From: Rhizomicrobium sp. | GTDB taxonomy: Bacteria > Pseudomonadota > Alphaproteobacteria > Micropepsales > Micropepsaceae | Length of the DNA stretch: 36,373 nucleotides | NCBI GenBank assembly: GCA_036270435.1 | Contig: DATBCP010000143.1 | Coordinates: forward strand, 1 to 36,373 | Direction: 5' to 3' | In this document: positions 1 through 8,692 of the stretch, one piece after another | How the letters are laid out: each line of letters starts with the position of its first letter | Position numbering within the stretch: position 1 is the first letter of the stretch | The notes under the pieces: generated by a model | What the model was told of the DNA's origin: nothing | Seen by the model: only the letters and a program-made list of their open reading frames with translations | Database searches by the model: none | Position numbers and translations under genes: made by a program

Positions 1-38
1 ACAATTGTCGTGTTCCAAAGGCGAAATCGGGAAAAGAC

Positions 39-67
39 TTGCGCCGGCAAAGTCGAAGCTTTCTAAT
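39..67 (+). promoter_or_regulatory. Putative sigma70 promoter of the Fe-S gene pair
   Basis: TTGCGC (39-44), 17-nt spacer, TCTAAT (62-67), upstream of SD-like GGAAAGGA and the ATG at 125. Confidence 0.35.
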
Positions 68-124
68 TCGCGTCAACGGCTCAAGCCCCTGGCGGGCTTA
101 TGTTTTTTCCGGAAAGGAAATGCA

Positions 125-982
125 ATGAAGATCAATCCGCAAAAGTGCGTCGCCTGCGGCAACTGCACTTATGTCTGCCCGATGGGCGCCATCTACATCG
201 ATCCGGAGCTGAAGCGCGCCACCATCAATCGCGACGAATGCGTGGAATGCTATGCCTGCTACAACGGGCTGTCCAAGGAAGTGCTGCCGCCGGCCACCGT
301 ACGCTTTGTGCGCCGGACCCTGGCCAATTTCCGCATCCGCTTCGAGCCGGAGCCGGATGTCTGCCCCACCACCGCTTTTGAGCCCGACAAGCTGGAATGG
401 CCGCGGGTGGTGCGCCGCGCGTTCTCCGATCCGCGCGTACCCCATGAATCGACCGGCGTTTCGGGCCGGGGCACCGAAGAGGTGAAGACCAACGATGTCA
501 CTGACCGCGTCGGCATCGGCCAGGTGGGCTTCACCATCGAATTGGGCCGTCCCGGCATCGGCGCCCGCTTCCGCGACTTCCAGGAAATGTCCCGCGAGCT
601 GGCCAAGGCCGGCGTCTCCTTCGAGAAGAACAACCCCATCACCACTTTGATGAAGGATGTCGCCACCGGCGAGATCCGCGACGACATCCTCAACGAAAAA
701 GTGATGAGCGCCATCATCGAGATCAAGGTGCCGGTGGAACGCACCGAGGAGATCATCCGCATCATCTGGGAGGTGGAAAAGCGCATCAACACCCAGGTGG
801 TGATCGGCGTCGGCGTGCGCTGCGATTCCGACGGTGAGGAAAAGATCGTCCTGCCGATCCTTGAGAAGTTGGGTTACAACCCACAGCGCGCCAAAACGAA
901 TATCGGTCTTGGCCGCAAAGTGATCCGCGATTTGAGCAACGCCGCGCCTACGGCGATGGCGAAGGAAATGGTGAGCGCATGA
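125..982 (+). CDS. 4Fe-4S dicluster-domain protein with a large uncharacterised C-terminal domain (285 aa)
   Basis: ATG 125 preceded by GGAAAGGA. CxxCxxCxxxCP (C8-P19) and CxxCxxC...CP (C39-C45, C80-P81). The TTG start at 5 in the ORF track is less likely. Confidence 0.85.
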   Translation: MKINPQKCVACGNCTYVCPMGAIYIDPELKRATINRDECVECYACYNGLSKEVLPPATVRFVRRTLANFRIRFEPEPDVCPTTAFEPDKLEWPRVVRRAFSDPRVPHESTGVSGRGTEEVKTNDVTDRVGIGQVGFTIELGRPGIGARFRDFQEMSRELAKAGVSFEKNNPITTLMKDVATGEIRDDILNEKVMSAIIEIKVPVERTEEIIRIIWEVEKRINTQVVIGVGVRCDSDGEEKIVLPILEKLGYNPQRAKTNIGLGRKVIRDLSNAAPTAMAKEMVSA

Positions 983-1665
983 CCAACACCCTGCACCGCT
1001 ACGGCAAGTCCGAAAGCTTTTTCGACGACTACATCGTGTTTTCGCTGCCCGCCAAGAGCAAGGCCGCCGGCCAGACCGGCGATGCGCTGGCGGCGCAGAA
1101 GCGCTTCATGCAGATCGCGGCCGAATACAAGCCCGTCAGCCTGGGCGATGCGCTGCATGGCGGCAGCTTGCGCCCCACCAAGAGCAAAAGCATCTTCGGC
1201 CATTGGGGCAAGCGCAACCGGCCGAATTTCAAGAAGGTGCTGGAAGGCATGAGCAAGGCCGGCACCATGGCGGCCGTGTTCGACAAGCGCGAAAATGCGG
1301 AAGCCTTCGTCAAACGCATCAAGGAGGAAGACCTTGGCCTGTCGGTCAACATCTCCTCCTCGATCGAGAATGCCAAGAACGCCTGCAAGTTCGCCGGCAT
1401 CCCGCGCCATTCCATCGCCTACTCGCTGGGCTTCGAAAAGGTCGGCGACAATGTCCCGTCGAAACAGGCGGTGATGCTGTCGACCATGTGCGGCCATGGC
1501 ATGCTCTCGATCAACTTCGCCCAGAAGATGATGAGCTTTGTGAAGGAAAACCGCCGCACGCCCCAGGAAGCGGCCGAGGCCATGTCGCGCTTCTGCTCCT
1601 GCGGCATCTTCAATACCAGCCGCGCCAAGCGCATCCTTGAAGATGTGCGGGTTGGGGTGAAGTAG
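979..1665 (+). CDS. Hypothetical protein with candidate metal-binding motifs (LHR, TMCGHG, FCSCGIFN)
   Basis: ATGA overlap with the upstream stop, SD-like AAGGA/GGTG upstream, strong coding-type codon bias, followed by a hairpin. Confidence 0.85.
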   Translation: MTNTLHRYGKSESFFDDYIVFSLPAKSKAAGQTGDALAAQKRFMQIAAEYKPVSLGDALHGGSLRPTKSKSIFGHWGKRNRPNFKKVLEGMSKAGTMAAVFDKRENAEAFVKRIKEEDLGLSVNISSSIENAKNACKFAGIPRHSIAYSLGFEKVGDNVPSKQAVMLSTMCGHGMLSINFAQKMMSFVKENRRTPQEAAEAMSRFCSCGIFNTSRAKRILEDVRVGVK

Positions 1666-1689
1666 CCCCGATTTTATCGCGTTAGTTGA

Positions 1690-1717
1690 AAGCCCGCCGG
1701 TTCAAACCGGCGGGCTT
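1690..1717. terminator. Strong hairpin, probable terminator between convergent genes
   Basis: AAGCCCGCCGGTT-CA-AACCGGCGGGCTT perfect inverted repeat about 25 nt after the stop at 1665. Confidence 0.7.
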
Positions 1718-1819
1718 GCGCCTCGCCTGAGCTCGGCGCGCTCGGTACTCAAATCGGTCCGTCGCTAGCGACAGCGTCGTGCGACACCGATTTGACCGGC
1801 AAAGCCGGTCGTACCTCGC
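1718..1819. repeat. Structured intergenic (REP/RIME-like) element, copy 1
   Basis: Aligns by eye with 22051-22132. Stems GGTAC/GTACC, CAAATCGGT/ACCGATTTG and GACCGGC/GCCGGTC. Confidence 0.7.
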
Positions 1820-1820
1820 T

Positions 1821-3743
1821 CTATTGAAGCTTTGCGGCCTCGGCCTCCGCCGCGATCCGCGCCGCATCCGCCGGCAGCATGTAGCGCTGCCCCACCAACT
1901 TATCGGCCTGGGCCTTCACCTTGGCGACATAGGCAGCATGGCTGGGATAGCGTTCTTCCAGCGAGGGCCGCGGATCGCCTTTGGCCATCCGCTCGGCGCG
2001 GGTGGCGGCAAAGGGAATATAGCCGCCGATATTGTTGCAAAAACGTCCTTTCTCGAAACCGGCAGCGGTGACATTCCAGCCGACATAAGTGCCCAGCGGC
2101 GCGACTATCAGCGGCGAACGAATGCCGTCCAACTCATTGCCGTCGGCATCGATGCGCGGCATCAGCTGCGGTGTGGGTTTGATAATGCGCGGTGGGGTCA
2201 CGGTGATGGTGCCCGTCAGGTCGGCATAGTCAGAGCTCTTGCCCAGATCATACTGATAGGTGGGTGAATAGGCCGGCCGTGGAACGCCGGCGATCTTCGG
2301 AAAGGCCTTGTCATAGGCCGCTGGGGTGACCAACGCGCCGGACGCAAGCGTCGGGTAGATGCTGGGCGGTGGCTCAATGCCCTTGGTCACCCAGTCCACC
2401 AGGCCTGCGAAGATCGCTTTGTTGGTGTCGGACGCCGGGTTGGGGTTGGAGATCAGCACGCAGGCGCTGACCGCCGGCGTCACCAGATCAAAGCCGCCGC
2501 GGCCGCCATTGTGTGGAGCGCCGGCATTGTAATAGCGCCGCACATTGGCAGGCAGCGGGATGTCGGCCTTGGCGTCGGTGCCGACATAATCGGGGCTGGC
2601 GTGCAGGTCCCAGAATTCCGTCGAGCCCATGATCTCCGCGATCTTGGGGCAAGTGTTGTCCTTCAGGCAGCGGTCAAGCAGGCTGTGTTTTCCCTGCCCC
2701 CGCGCCACGTCGTCATAGCTGCTCCACCAGTTGGTGCCCTCGCTGCCAAGCTCGTAAAGCCCCACCAGACCGCCGGGCGTAGCAAAGCGATGGTTCATGG
2801 AAAGCATGCGCGGGCCGACGATGGGATTGAGGCCGTCAAAGACGATACGGCCATCCTCCGCCGTGTTGAATCCCAGATCTATCAGGCTGCGCAGATAATT
2901 GCCGGACTGGGAAACGCCGCGGCCGATCGCCCAGCGCACCTTGCCGGCCAGCGGATTGGCGTTGGTTGTGTCATAGCGCAGGAACGCGACCAGATCGCGG
3001 GTGGCGGCATAGCCGATGCCGAAGACTTTCGGGTTCTTGGCGGTGAAGGCGAGCGTATAGGCCAGCGCCGGATTGAAGCCGCCCTTCACACACAGCCTGG
3101 TCAAATCCGGCTTGCCCGGGAAGGGTGTGCTGCTGCAATCGGCAAAGGCCCAGTCGGTCTTGGGCACTTCCGTCTGCTCGCGGGGCCGATCATCCGACAC
3201 GCCGGTGTAAAGCCGCGCACCATCCGCTGTTGCCACGTCGAACGTGCGCCCACCATACACGCCCTGCGGCCCGCCCTTGACCGGCATTGTCGTGGTGCCG
3301 GTCGGCATATCCATAAACCGCACAGCGGCGGGACCGGTCACAGGTGCAGACGGCAGATGGATCAGCTGAGCCCCTGGCTTTTCGTCCAAGTCGCCTTGCC
3401 AGCCACTGAGGACGTTGATATGGCCGTCGCCGATGGCGCTAGCTGCGCCCCGCCCGCGATTGGACACGTCATAGACCAGCACGCCTGATGTGCTGCCCGT
3501 GGGGCGGGCGATGGCGAAAGTTGCGGAATACTCGACTTTTCCGCTTCCATTGCGGTGCGCCAGCTTGATGTCGTCGATTATGGCATTGTGCGGATCGTTG
3601 GGATCCAGCGTGCCGCTGAAATGCCCTTCCAGCAATTCATAGCCGCCGGCCAGCGGGGAAGTCTTTTCAATCGAAAGCTTGGTGACCGCCGCTTCAGCCG
3701 GCGTCGCGATGAGACAAGCCAGCAAGAACGCCCTGATCTTCAT
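1821..3743 (-). CDS. Secreted alpha/beta-hydrolase-domain protein (640 aa)
   Basis: Signal peptide MKIRAFLLACLIATPAEA, nucleophile-elbow-like GVSQSG, C-terminal DADGNE...GDPRPSLEERY motifs typical of this family. Confidence 0.8.
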   Translation of the reverse strand: MKIRAFLLACLIATPAEAAVTKLSIEKTSPLAGGYELLEGHFSGTLDPNDPHNAIIDDIKLAHRNGSGKVEYSATFAIARPTGSTSGVLVYDVSNRGRGAASAIGDGHINVLSGWQGDLDEKPGAQLIHLPSAPVTGPAAVRFMDMPTGTTTMPVKGGPQGVYGGRTFDVATADGARLYTGVSDDRPREQTEVPKTDWAFADCSSTPFPGKPDLTRLCVKGGFNPALAYTLAFTAKNPKVFGIGYAATRDLVAFLRYDTTNANPLAGKVRWAIGRGVSQSGNYLRSLIDLGFNTAEDGRIVFDGLNPIVGPRMLSMNHRFATPGGLVGLYELGSEGTNWWSSYDDVARGQGKHSLLDRCLKDNTCPKIAEIMGSTEFWDLHASPDYVGTDAKADIPLPANVRRYYNAGAPHNGGRGGFDLVTPAVSACVLISNPNPASDTNKAIFAGLVDWVTKGIEPPPSIYPTLASGALVTPAAYDKAFPKIAGVPRPAYSPTYQYDLGKSSDYADLTGTITVTPPRIIKPTPQLMPRIDADGNELDGIRSPLIVAPLGTYVGWNVTAAGFEKGRFCNNIGGYIPFAATRAERMAKGDPRPSLEERYPSHAAYVAKVKAQADKLVGQRYMLPADAARIAAEAEAAKLQ

Positions 3744-3811
3744 GTTCCGCCCTTTTTTATGGGGCGGTCCGGCTCCCGCCTAACGCCCTTCATTTTGGGG
3801 CGAGCATAGCT

Positions 3812-4651
3812 TTAGCGCCGCTTGCGGTCCAACGCCGCGAATTCCGCATCAGTCATGCTCAACGTTGCCGCCCGGGCATTTTCTTCCAGGTGCGCCACTT
3901 TGGAAGTCCCCGGGATCGGCAACACCGCCGGACTGCGTTTCAGCAGCCAGGCCAGCGCCACCTGCCCCGGTGTGGCGTTCTTGGCCTTGGCGATCTTGTC
4001 CAAAGCTCCGCCGGGCCTGGTCAGTTCCCCGTCACCACCCAGCGGATAATAGGGAATAAAGCCGATGCCATTGGCTTCGCAATAATCGACGACATCGTCG
4101 CTGTCCCGATCGGCCAGGTTGTAGCTGTTCTGCACCGTGGCGACGCGGAAGACCTGCGAGGCCGCCTTGATCTGGGCCACCGACACTTCTGACAATCCGG
4201 CATGGCGGATAACGCCGTCGTCCAAAAGCTGCTTCACCGCGCCGAATTGCTCGGCGCGCGGCACATGCGGGTCGATGCGATGCAATTGCCACAGCCCGAT
4301 CTGGTCTACCCCCAACTGGCGGCGGCTTTTATGGGCCTGGGCGATCAGGTGTTCGGGCCGGCAGTTGACATGCCACATATTCGGGCCGCTACGGGTGAAG
4401 CCGGCCTTGGTGGCAATCAACAATCCGTCATAAGGATGCAGCGCCTCGCGGATAAGCTGTTCGGAGACATCCGGGCCGTAGGAATCGGCGGTGTCGATGA
4501 AATTTATTCCCAGCTCGGGAAGCCGTTTCAGCACCGCCAAGGCTTCCGCCTTGTCACGCGGCGGACCCCAAACACCACGACCGGTGATCTGCATGGCGCC
4601 GAAGCCCAGCCGGTTGACCGTGATCTCGCCACCGATCTGGAATGTCGACAT
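3812..4651 (-). CDS. Aldo/keto reductase
   Basis: [29 protein letters not shown] and PIPGT motifs. ATG 4651 has a GGAG SD (alternative GTG at 4666 overlaps the MFS stop). Confidence 0.92.
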   Translation of the reverse strand: MSTFQIGGEITVNRLGFGAMQITGRGVWGPPRDKAEALAVLKRLPELGINFIDTADSYGPDVSEQLIREALHPYDGLLIATKAGFTRSGPNMWHVNCRPEHLIAQAHKSRRQLGVDQIGLWQLHRIDPHVPRAEQFGAVKQLLDDGVIRHAGLSEVSVAQIKAASQVFRVATVQNSYNLADRDSDDVVDYCEANGIGFIPYYPLGGDGELTRPGGALDKIAKAKNATPGQVALAWLLKRSPAVLPIPGTSKVAHLEENARAATLSMTDAEFAALDRKRR

Positions 4652-4662
4652 GGGGACTCCTG

Positions 4663-6114
4663 TCACGAGTTGAGGCCGCGCGGCTCCTTGATCACCTGGC
4701 GGGTGGGCCAGGTGCGCGGCGTGTGACCGCTGATCTCGGTGCCGGCCTCATGGCTGAAACGCGCATTCCAGATCGTGGCACTGAGCGATATCAGGGCCAC
4801 CGTCCAGAAGGCGGCGGTGAAATCGACAAATTGCGGCAGATGGTGGCCGCGCAACACCATCGCGCCTTGAAGCGCCGCCGCGCCGGCGCAGATACCCATG
4901 GACAACATCAGTTGCTGGAAGGTGGTGTAGAAACTGGTGGCGGACCCCATCCGATCCTGCTCGATCTCGTCATAGGCGATGGTGTTGTAGCCGGTGAACT
5001 GGATGGACATGAAAAAGCCGCTGAGCACCATCCAGCCGAACATCAACGGCAGAGGCCAGCCGGGACGGAACAGGCCGCAGACGGCATAGCCGGCGCTGGC
5101 GAACAAGCCATTGATCATCAGCGTGTCGCGAAAGCCGAAGCGGCGCAGCAATTTCGGCGCTATCGGCTTGGCGGTGATGGAGCCCAAAGCCGTGGCCAGG
5201 GTCATCAGACCCGATTGGGCAGCGGAGAGGCCAAAACCCAGCTGCATCATCAGGGGCAGCAGATAGGGATGCGCGCCCTGGGTCAGGCGGGTGATGGCAC
5301 CGGCAATCACCGAGGTTCCGAAAGTCGGGATCCGCATCAGCGAAATGTCGAGGATGGGATCGCGCGCGGTGCGGGCGTGATAGATATAGAGCGCACCCAA
5401 TATCGCACCCATTGCCAGGAAGGACAGCGCCAGGCGCGTCTCGCCTTCATGGCTGATCAACTCGAAACCGAACAGAAGCAGTCCCAAGGACAGGCTGGAA
5501 TAGAAGATGCCTCGGAAGTCGGTCTTCTCCGGGACCTCGCCCCGGTCGTTTGCGATGAACAGGCTGACCAACACGATGCCGATCAGGCCGATGGGCACAT
5601 TGAGATAGAAGATCCAGCGCCACGAATGCAGATAGGTGACAATGAAGCCGCCCACCGGCGGTCCCAGGATCGGTCCCACCACGGCCGGAATCAACACCCA
5701 GCTGGTGGCCTGGATCAGGTCCCGCTTTTCCACATTGCGCATCAAGACCAGGCGGCCCACCGGCATCATCAATGCCCCGCCGATGCCTTCAAAGAAGCGC
5801 GCGATCACCAGGAAGGCGACATTGGGCGCATTGGCGCAGGAAATGGCCCCCAGCAGAAAGATGACGATGGCCGTGCGAAACACGGTGCGCGCCCCAAAAC
5901 GGTCGGCGATGCGCCCCGAGACTGGAATAAATACCGCAAGGCTGATCAGGTAGGAGGTCAGGGCGATCGACAGGCTGGGGGCGGAAACCCCCAGTTCCCG
6001 CGCCATGCTGGGCAAGGCCGTGGCCAAGACCGTGCCGTCCAGCTGCTCCATGAACATGGCTGCGCCGACAATCAGGGCGATGGTGCGAAAATGGGGTTTC
6101 CCGGCGGGGGACAT
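4663..6114 (-). CDS. MFS transporter, DHA2 (EmrB/QacA/MdtD-like) family
   Basis: [24 protein letters not shown] (motif A), [22 protein letters not shown], many hydrophobic segments. Confidence 0.92.
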   Translation of the reverse strand: MSPAGKPHFRTIALIVGAAMFMEQLDGTVLATALPSMARELGVSAPSLSIALTSYLISLAVFIPVSGRIADRFGARTVFRTAIVIFLLGAISCANAPNVAFLVIARFFEGIGGALMMPVGRLVLMRNVEKRDLIQATSWVLIPAVVGPILGPPVGGFIVTYLHSWRWIFYLNVPIGLIGIVLVSLFIANDRGEVPEKTDFRGIFYSSLSLGLLLFGFELISHEGETRLALSFLAMGAILGALYIYHARTARDPILDISLMRIPTFGTSVIAGAITRLTQGAHPYLLPLMMQLGFGLSAAQSGLMTLATALGSITAKPIAPKLLRRFGFRDTLMINGLFASAGYAVCGLFRPGWPLPLMFGWMVLSGFFMSIQFTGYNTIAYDEIEQDRMGSATSFYTTFQQLMLSMGICAGAAALQGAMVLRGHHLPQFVDFTAAFWTVALISLSATIWNARFSHEAGTEISGHTPRTWPTRQVIKEPRGLNS

Positions 6115-6217
6115 GATATGTTCCGTTTAGGCCCGGTGCGGAAAGTGTGCAAGGGCGGGATTCTTAAGGGAATCCATAGCCATTTCACGGCCTTCCGCCG
6201 CCCATTATAAAGCCGGC

Positions 6218-7777
6218 ATGAGCTTACAGGCCTTATATGAAGAAGCCCTTGGCAGCCACAAGCGGGGCGACCTGCCGGCTGCCGAAAGCCTTTATCGCCA
6301 GGTCCTGGCGGCGGCGCCGCAGAGCTTTTCCGCCCGCCACATGCTGGGCGTGCTGCGTGCCCAGCAGGGCGCCATCTCCGAAGCCCTGGATCTGCTGGAG
6401 ACCGCAGTGAGGCAGAAGCCGGATGCCCATGACGCCCAGTTCAATTACGGCAATGTCTTGAAAAAGGCAGGCCGGACCGAGGAGGCGCTGACCGCCTTTG
6501 ACCGGGCCTTGGAACGCAAGCCCGATTATGCGGCCGCCCGGGCCGGGCGCGCCGAGTTGCTGAACATCCGGGGCAATGGCTTGCGCGATCGCGGGCTCTT
6601 TGCCGAGGCATTGGCCTGTTACGAACGCGCGCTGATGGATGCCCCGCGCTCTGGCGATGGCTTGAACAATCGCGCCGTGGCGCTTTGGAGCATGGGCCGC
6701 TTCGAGGATGCGTTGACGGGGTTCGACGCGGCGCTGGCGGCAAATCCTCGCTATGCCGAGGCCCATTACAACCGGGGCAATGCGCTGCGAGACCTGGCCA
6801 GGCTGGATGAGGCGATGGCAAGCTATGACCGCGCCATTGCCGTCGATCCCGCTTTCGCCCGGGCCCATAGCAATAAGGGCTTTTGCGCCCTGCTCCAGGG
6901 CGATTTTGCGCAAGGCCTGCCCTTGTATGAATGGCGCAAGCGGCTGAACCCGCCGATCGAATCCCGCCTCTATGCCCAGCCTTTGTGGACCGGCCGCGAA
7001 GACATCAGCGGCAAGACGATCTTTGCCTATGTCGAGCAGGGGTTGGGCGACACGATTCAATTCTATCGCTTTGTCACGCCACTGCTGGAGCGCGGCGCCC
7101 GAGTCGTTCTCTCGGTTCAAGACAGCCTGTTGCGCCTGTTGGAGAACGCCGTCCCAAGAGTGGCGCTGGTCGATAGCAGGACCGTTCCCGCCGGCTTCGA
7201 CTATCATGTCCCGCTGATGAGCCTGCCTTTGGCGCTGGGATTGAGACTTGATTCGATTCCCCGCTCCCGGCCCTATCTGCGAACGGAGCCTGAACGGGTG
7301 GCGCGGTGGCGCGCCCGGATCGGCGAACCAGGCTTTAAAATCGGGATTTCCTGGCAGGGCGCGCGGACTGGGATCATGACGCGCGCCATGCCCTTGTCTT
7401 GTTTTGAGAGAATTTCGCGCCTTAAGGACGTGCGGCTGATCAGCTTGCAAAAAGGCTTTGGCACCGAGCAGTTGAACAGCTTGCCGCGCGTGGAACGTCT
7501 GGGCGAGGACTTCGATGCCGGACCGGATTGCTTCCTGGACAGCGCGGCGGTGCTGGAAAGCCTGGACCTGGTCATCACCCTGGATTCGGCGCTTGCACAT
7601 CTCGCAGGCGCGATGGGGCGGCGCGTTTGGGTGGCGCTGAAGCGGGTCCCGGATTGGCGCTGGCTCCTGGAACGGGGTGACAGTCCCTGGTATCCCAGCA
7701 TGCGATTGTTCCGGCAGAAATCGGAAGGCGATTGGGCCTCGCCGTTCGCGGATATGGAAGCTGAGCTGCGCCGATGA
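6218..7777 (+). CDS. TPR-repeat protein with C-terminal GT-B (GT9-like) glycosyltransferase domain
   Basis: N-terminal TPRs (AHYNRGNAL), then EQGLGDTIQFYRF, IGISWQG, DLVITLDSALAHLAGAMG, DWRW, SPWYPSMRLFRQ. Confidence 0.88.
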   Translation: MSLQALYEEALGSHKRGDLPAAESLYRQVLAAAPQSFSARHMLGVLRAQQGAISEALDLLETAVRQKPDAHDAQFNYGNVLKKAGRTEEALTAFDRALERKPDYAAARAGRAELLNIRGNGLRDRGLFAEALACYERALMDAPRSGDGLNNRAVALWSMGRFEDALTGFDAALAANPRYAEAHYNRGNALRDLARLDEAMASYDRAIAVDPAFARAHSNKGFCALLQGDFAQGLPLYEWRKRLNPPIESRLYAQPLWTGREDISGKTIFAYVEQGLGDTIQFYRFVTPLLERGARVVLSVQDSLLRLLENAVPRVALVDSRTVPAGFDYHVPLMSLPLALGLRLDSIPRSRPYLRTEPERVARWRARIGEPGFKIGISWQGARTGIMTRAMPLSCFERISRLKDVRLISLQKGFGTEQLNSLPRVERLGEDFDAGPDCFLDSAAVLESLDLVITLDSALAHLAGAMGRRVWVALKRVPDWRWLLERGDSPWYPSMRLFRQKSEGDWASPFADMEAELRR

Positions 7778-8175
7778 CCGAACCAATCGCGGCCATTCCC
7801 CAGGTGCCGCTTTCCTGGGGCGAAGTGATCGACAAGATCACCATTCTGGAAATCAAGCTGACGCGCCTTGGCAGTGAAGAGGCCCGGGGCAATGCCTGCA
7901 AGGAGCTGGAGCTGTTGCGGAAGGTTGCCGCCCCCGTCCTGGCCCGCCAGGACCTTTGCGCCTTGGCGGCAAAGCTCAAAACATTGAACGAAGCTTTATG
8001 GGATGTCGAAGACCGGATCCGCGATCACGAACGCGCCGGGATTTTCGATGCCGCCTTCATCGCGCTGGCGCGGTCGGTTTATCGCCACAATGACGAGCGC
8101 GGACGCATCAAACGGGACATCAGCCTGGCACTGGGGTCGGGATTGATCGAAGAAAAAAGCTACCGGCCCTATTAG
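7774..8175 (+). CDS. DUF6165-like protein
   Basis: GEVIDKITILEIK, NEALWDVEDRIR, ARSVYRHNDER, EEKSY motifs. ATGA overlap with the upstream gene. Confidence 0.8.
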   Translation: MTEPIAAIPQVPLSWGEVIDKITILEIKLTRLGSEEARGNACKELELLRKVAAPVLARQDLCALAAKLKTLNEALWDVEDRIRDHERAGIFDAAFIALARSVYRHNDERGRIKRDISLALGSGLIEEKSYRPY

Positions 8176-8183
8176 GCAGGAAG

Positions 8184-8212
8184 AAAGAGCCCCGGCGATG
8201 CCGGGGCTCTTT
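8184..8212. terminator. Bidirectional rho-independent terminator
   Basis: AAAGAGCCCCGGC-GAT-GCCGGGGCTCTTT between convergent stops at 8175 and 8220. Confidence 0.88.
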
Positions 8213-8219
8213 GCAATCC

Positions 8220-8513
8220 TTAATAGCCATATCCGTAATAGCCATAGGCCGGGGGCGGCGGAGGCGGCGGGGGTGGGCCATATTCATAGCGGTCATAGTA
8301 ACGGTCGTGCGACGAAGCCGCGGCTATGGCGCCCAGGGCAAACAAGCCGACGCCCAAGCCGACCAGAGCTCCGGTGTTGTCATGGCCATGCCAGCCGCGG
8401 CCATAGCCCTCATGGAATCCGCCATGGCGGTAGGGCTGCGCGGAAGCCGCGGTGGCACCCAGCAGCGACAGAGCCAATGTGCCGGCAGTCAGTGCGCTAA
8501 TCAGGCGTTTCAT
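8220..8513 (-). CDS. Small exported His/Gly/Tyr/Pro-rich protein (97 aa)
   Basis: ATG 8513 with AAAGGA SD, signal peptide ending ASA, second hydrophobic Gly-rich helix, run of 9 Pro, Tyr/Gly tail. Confidence 0.8.
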   Translation of the reverse strand: MKRLISALTAGTLALSLLGATAASAQPYRHGGFHEGYGRGWHGHDNTGALVGLGVGLFALGAIAAASSHDRYYDRYEYGPPPPPPPPPAYGYYGYGY

Positions 8514-8577
8514 GTTTTTGGTCCTTTCTGAGCGGCGCGAAACCCGCGTCGTTGGCGTGAACCATGACAGGGCATCC

Positions 8578-8616
8578 ATGAATGCGATCTGAGGCCGACA
8601 TTTATCTGGCGTTCAT
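8578..8616. promoter_or_regulatory. Candidate response-regulator binding site (11-bp phased TGAA/TTCA-like half-sites)
   Basis: ATGAA-N6-CTGAG-N6-ATTTA-N6-GTTCA upstream of the small exported protein gene. Confidence 0.35.
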
Positions 8617-8640
8617 ACCTAACCACCTGAAAATACAAAG

Positions 8641-8668
8641 AAAAAGGGCTCCCGTTGCCGGAAGCCCC
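8641..8668 (-). terminator. Rho-independent terminator of the TonB receptor gene
   Basis: Minus strand GGGGCTTCCGGCAACGGGAGCCC followed by TTTTT, about 25 nt after the stop. Confidence 0.8.
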
Positions 8669-8692
8669 AATTCTTGACGCATCGCGCGCAGC

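Noticed and set aside
4642-6210. 522-aa plus-strand ORF, and similar long antisense ORFs (6233-7786, 19790-21214, 24634-26364, 26689-28179, 28690-30372, 31401-32786)
   Set aside because: They mirror well-supported genes on the opposite strand, have no recognisable motifs, and are the expected shadow ORFs of high-GC coding DNA.
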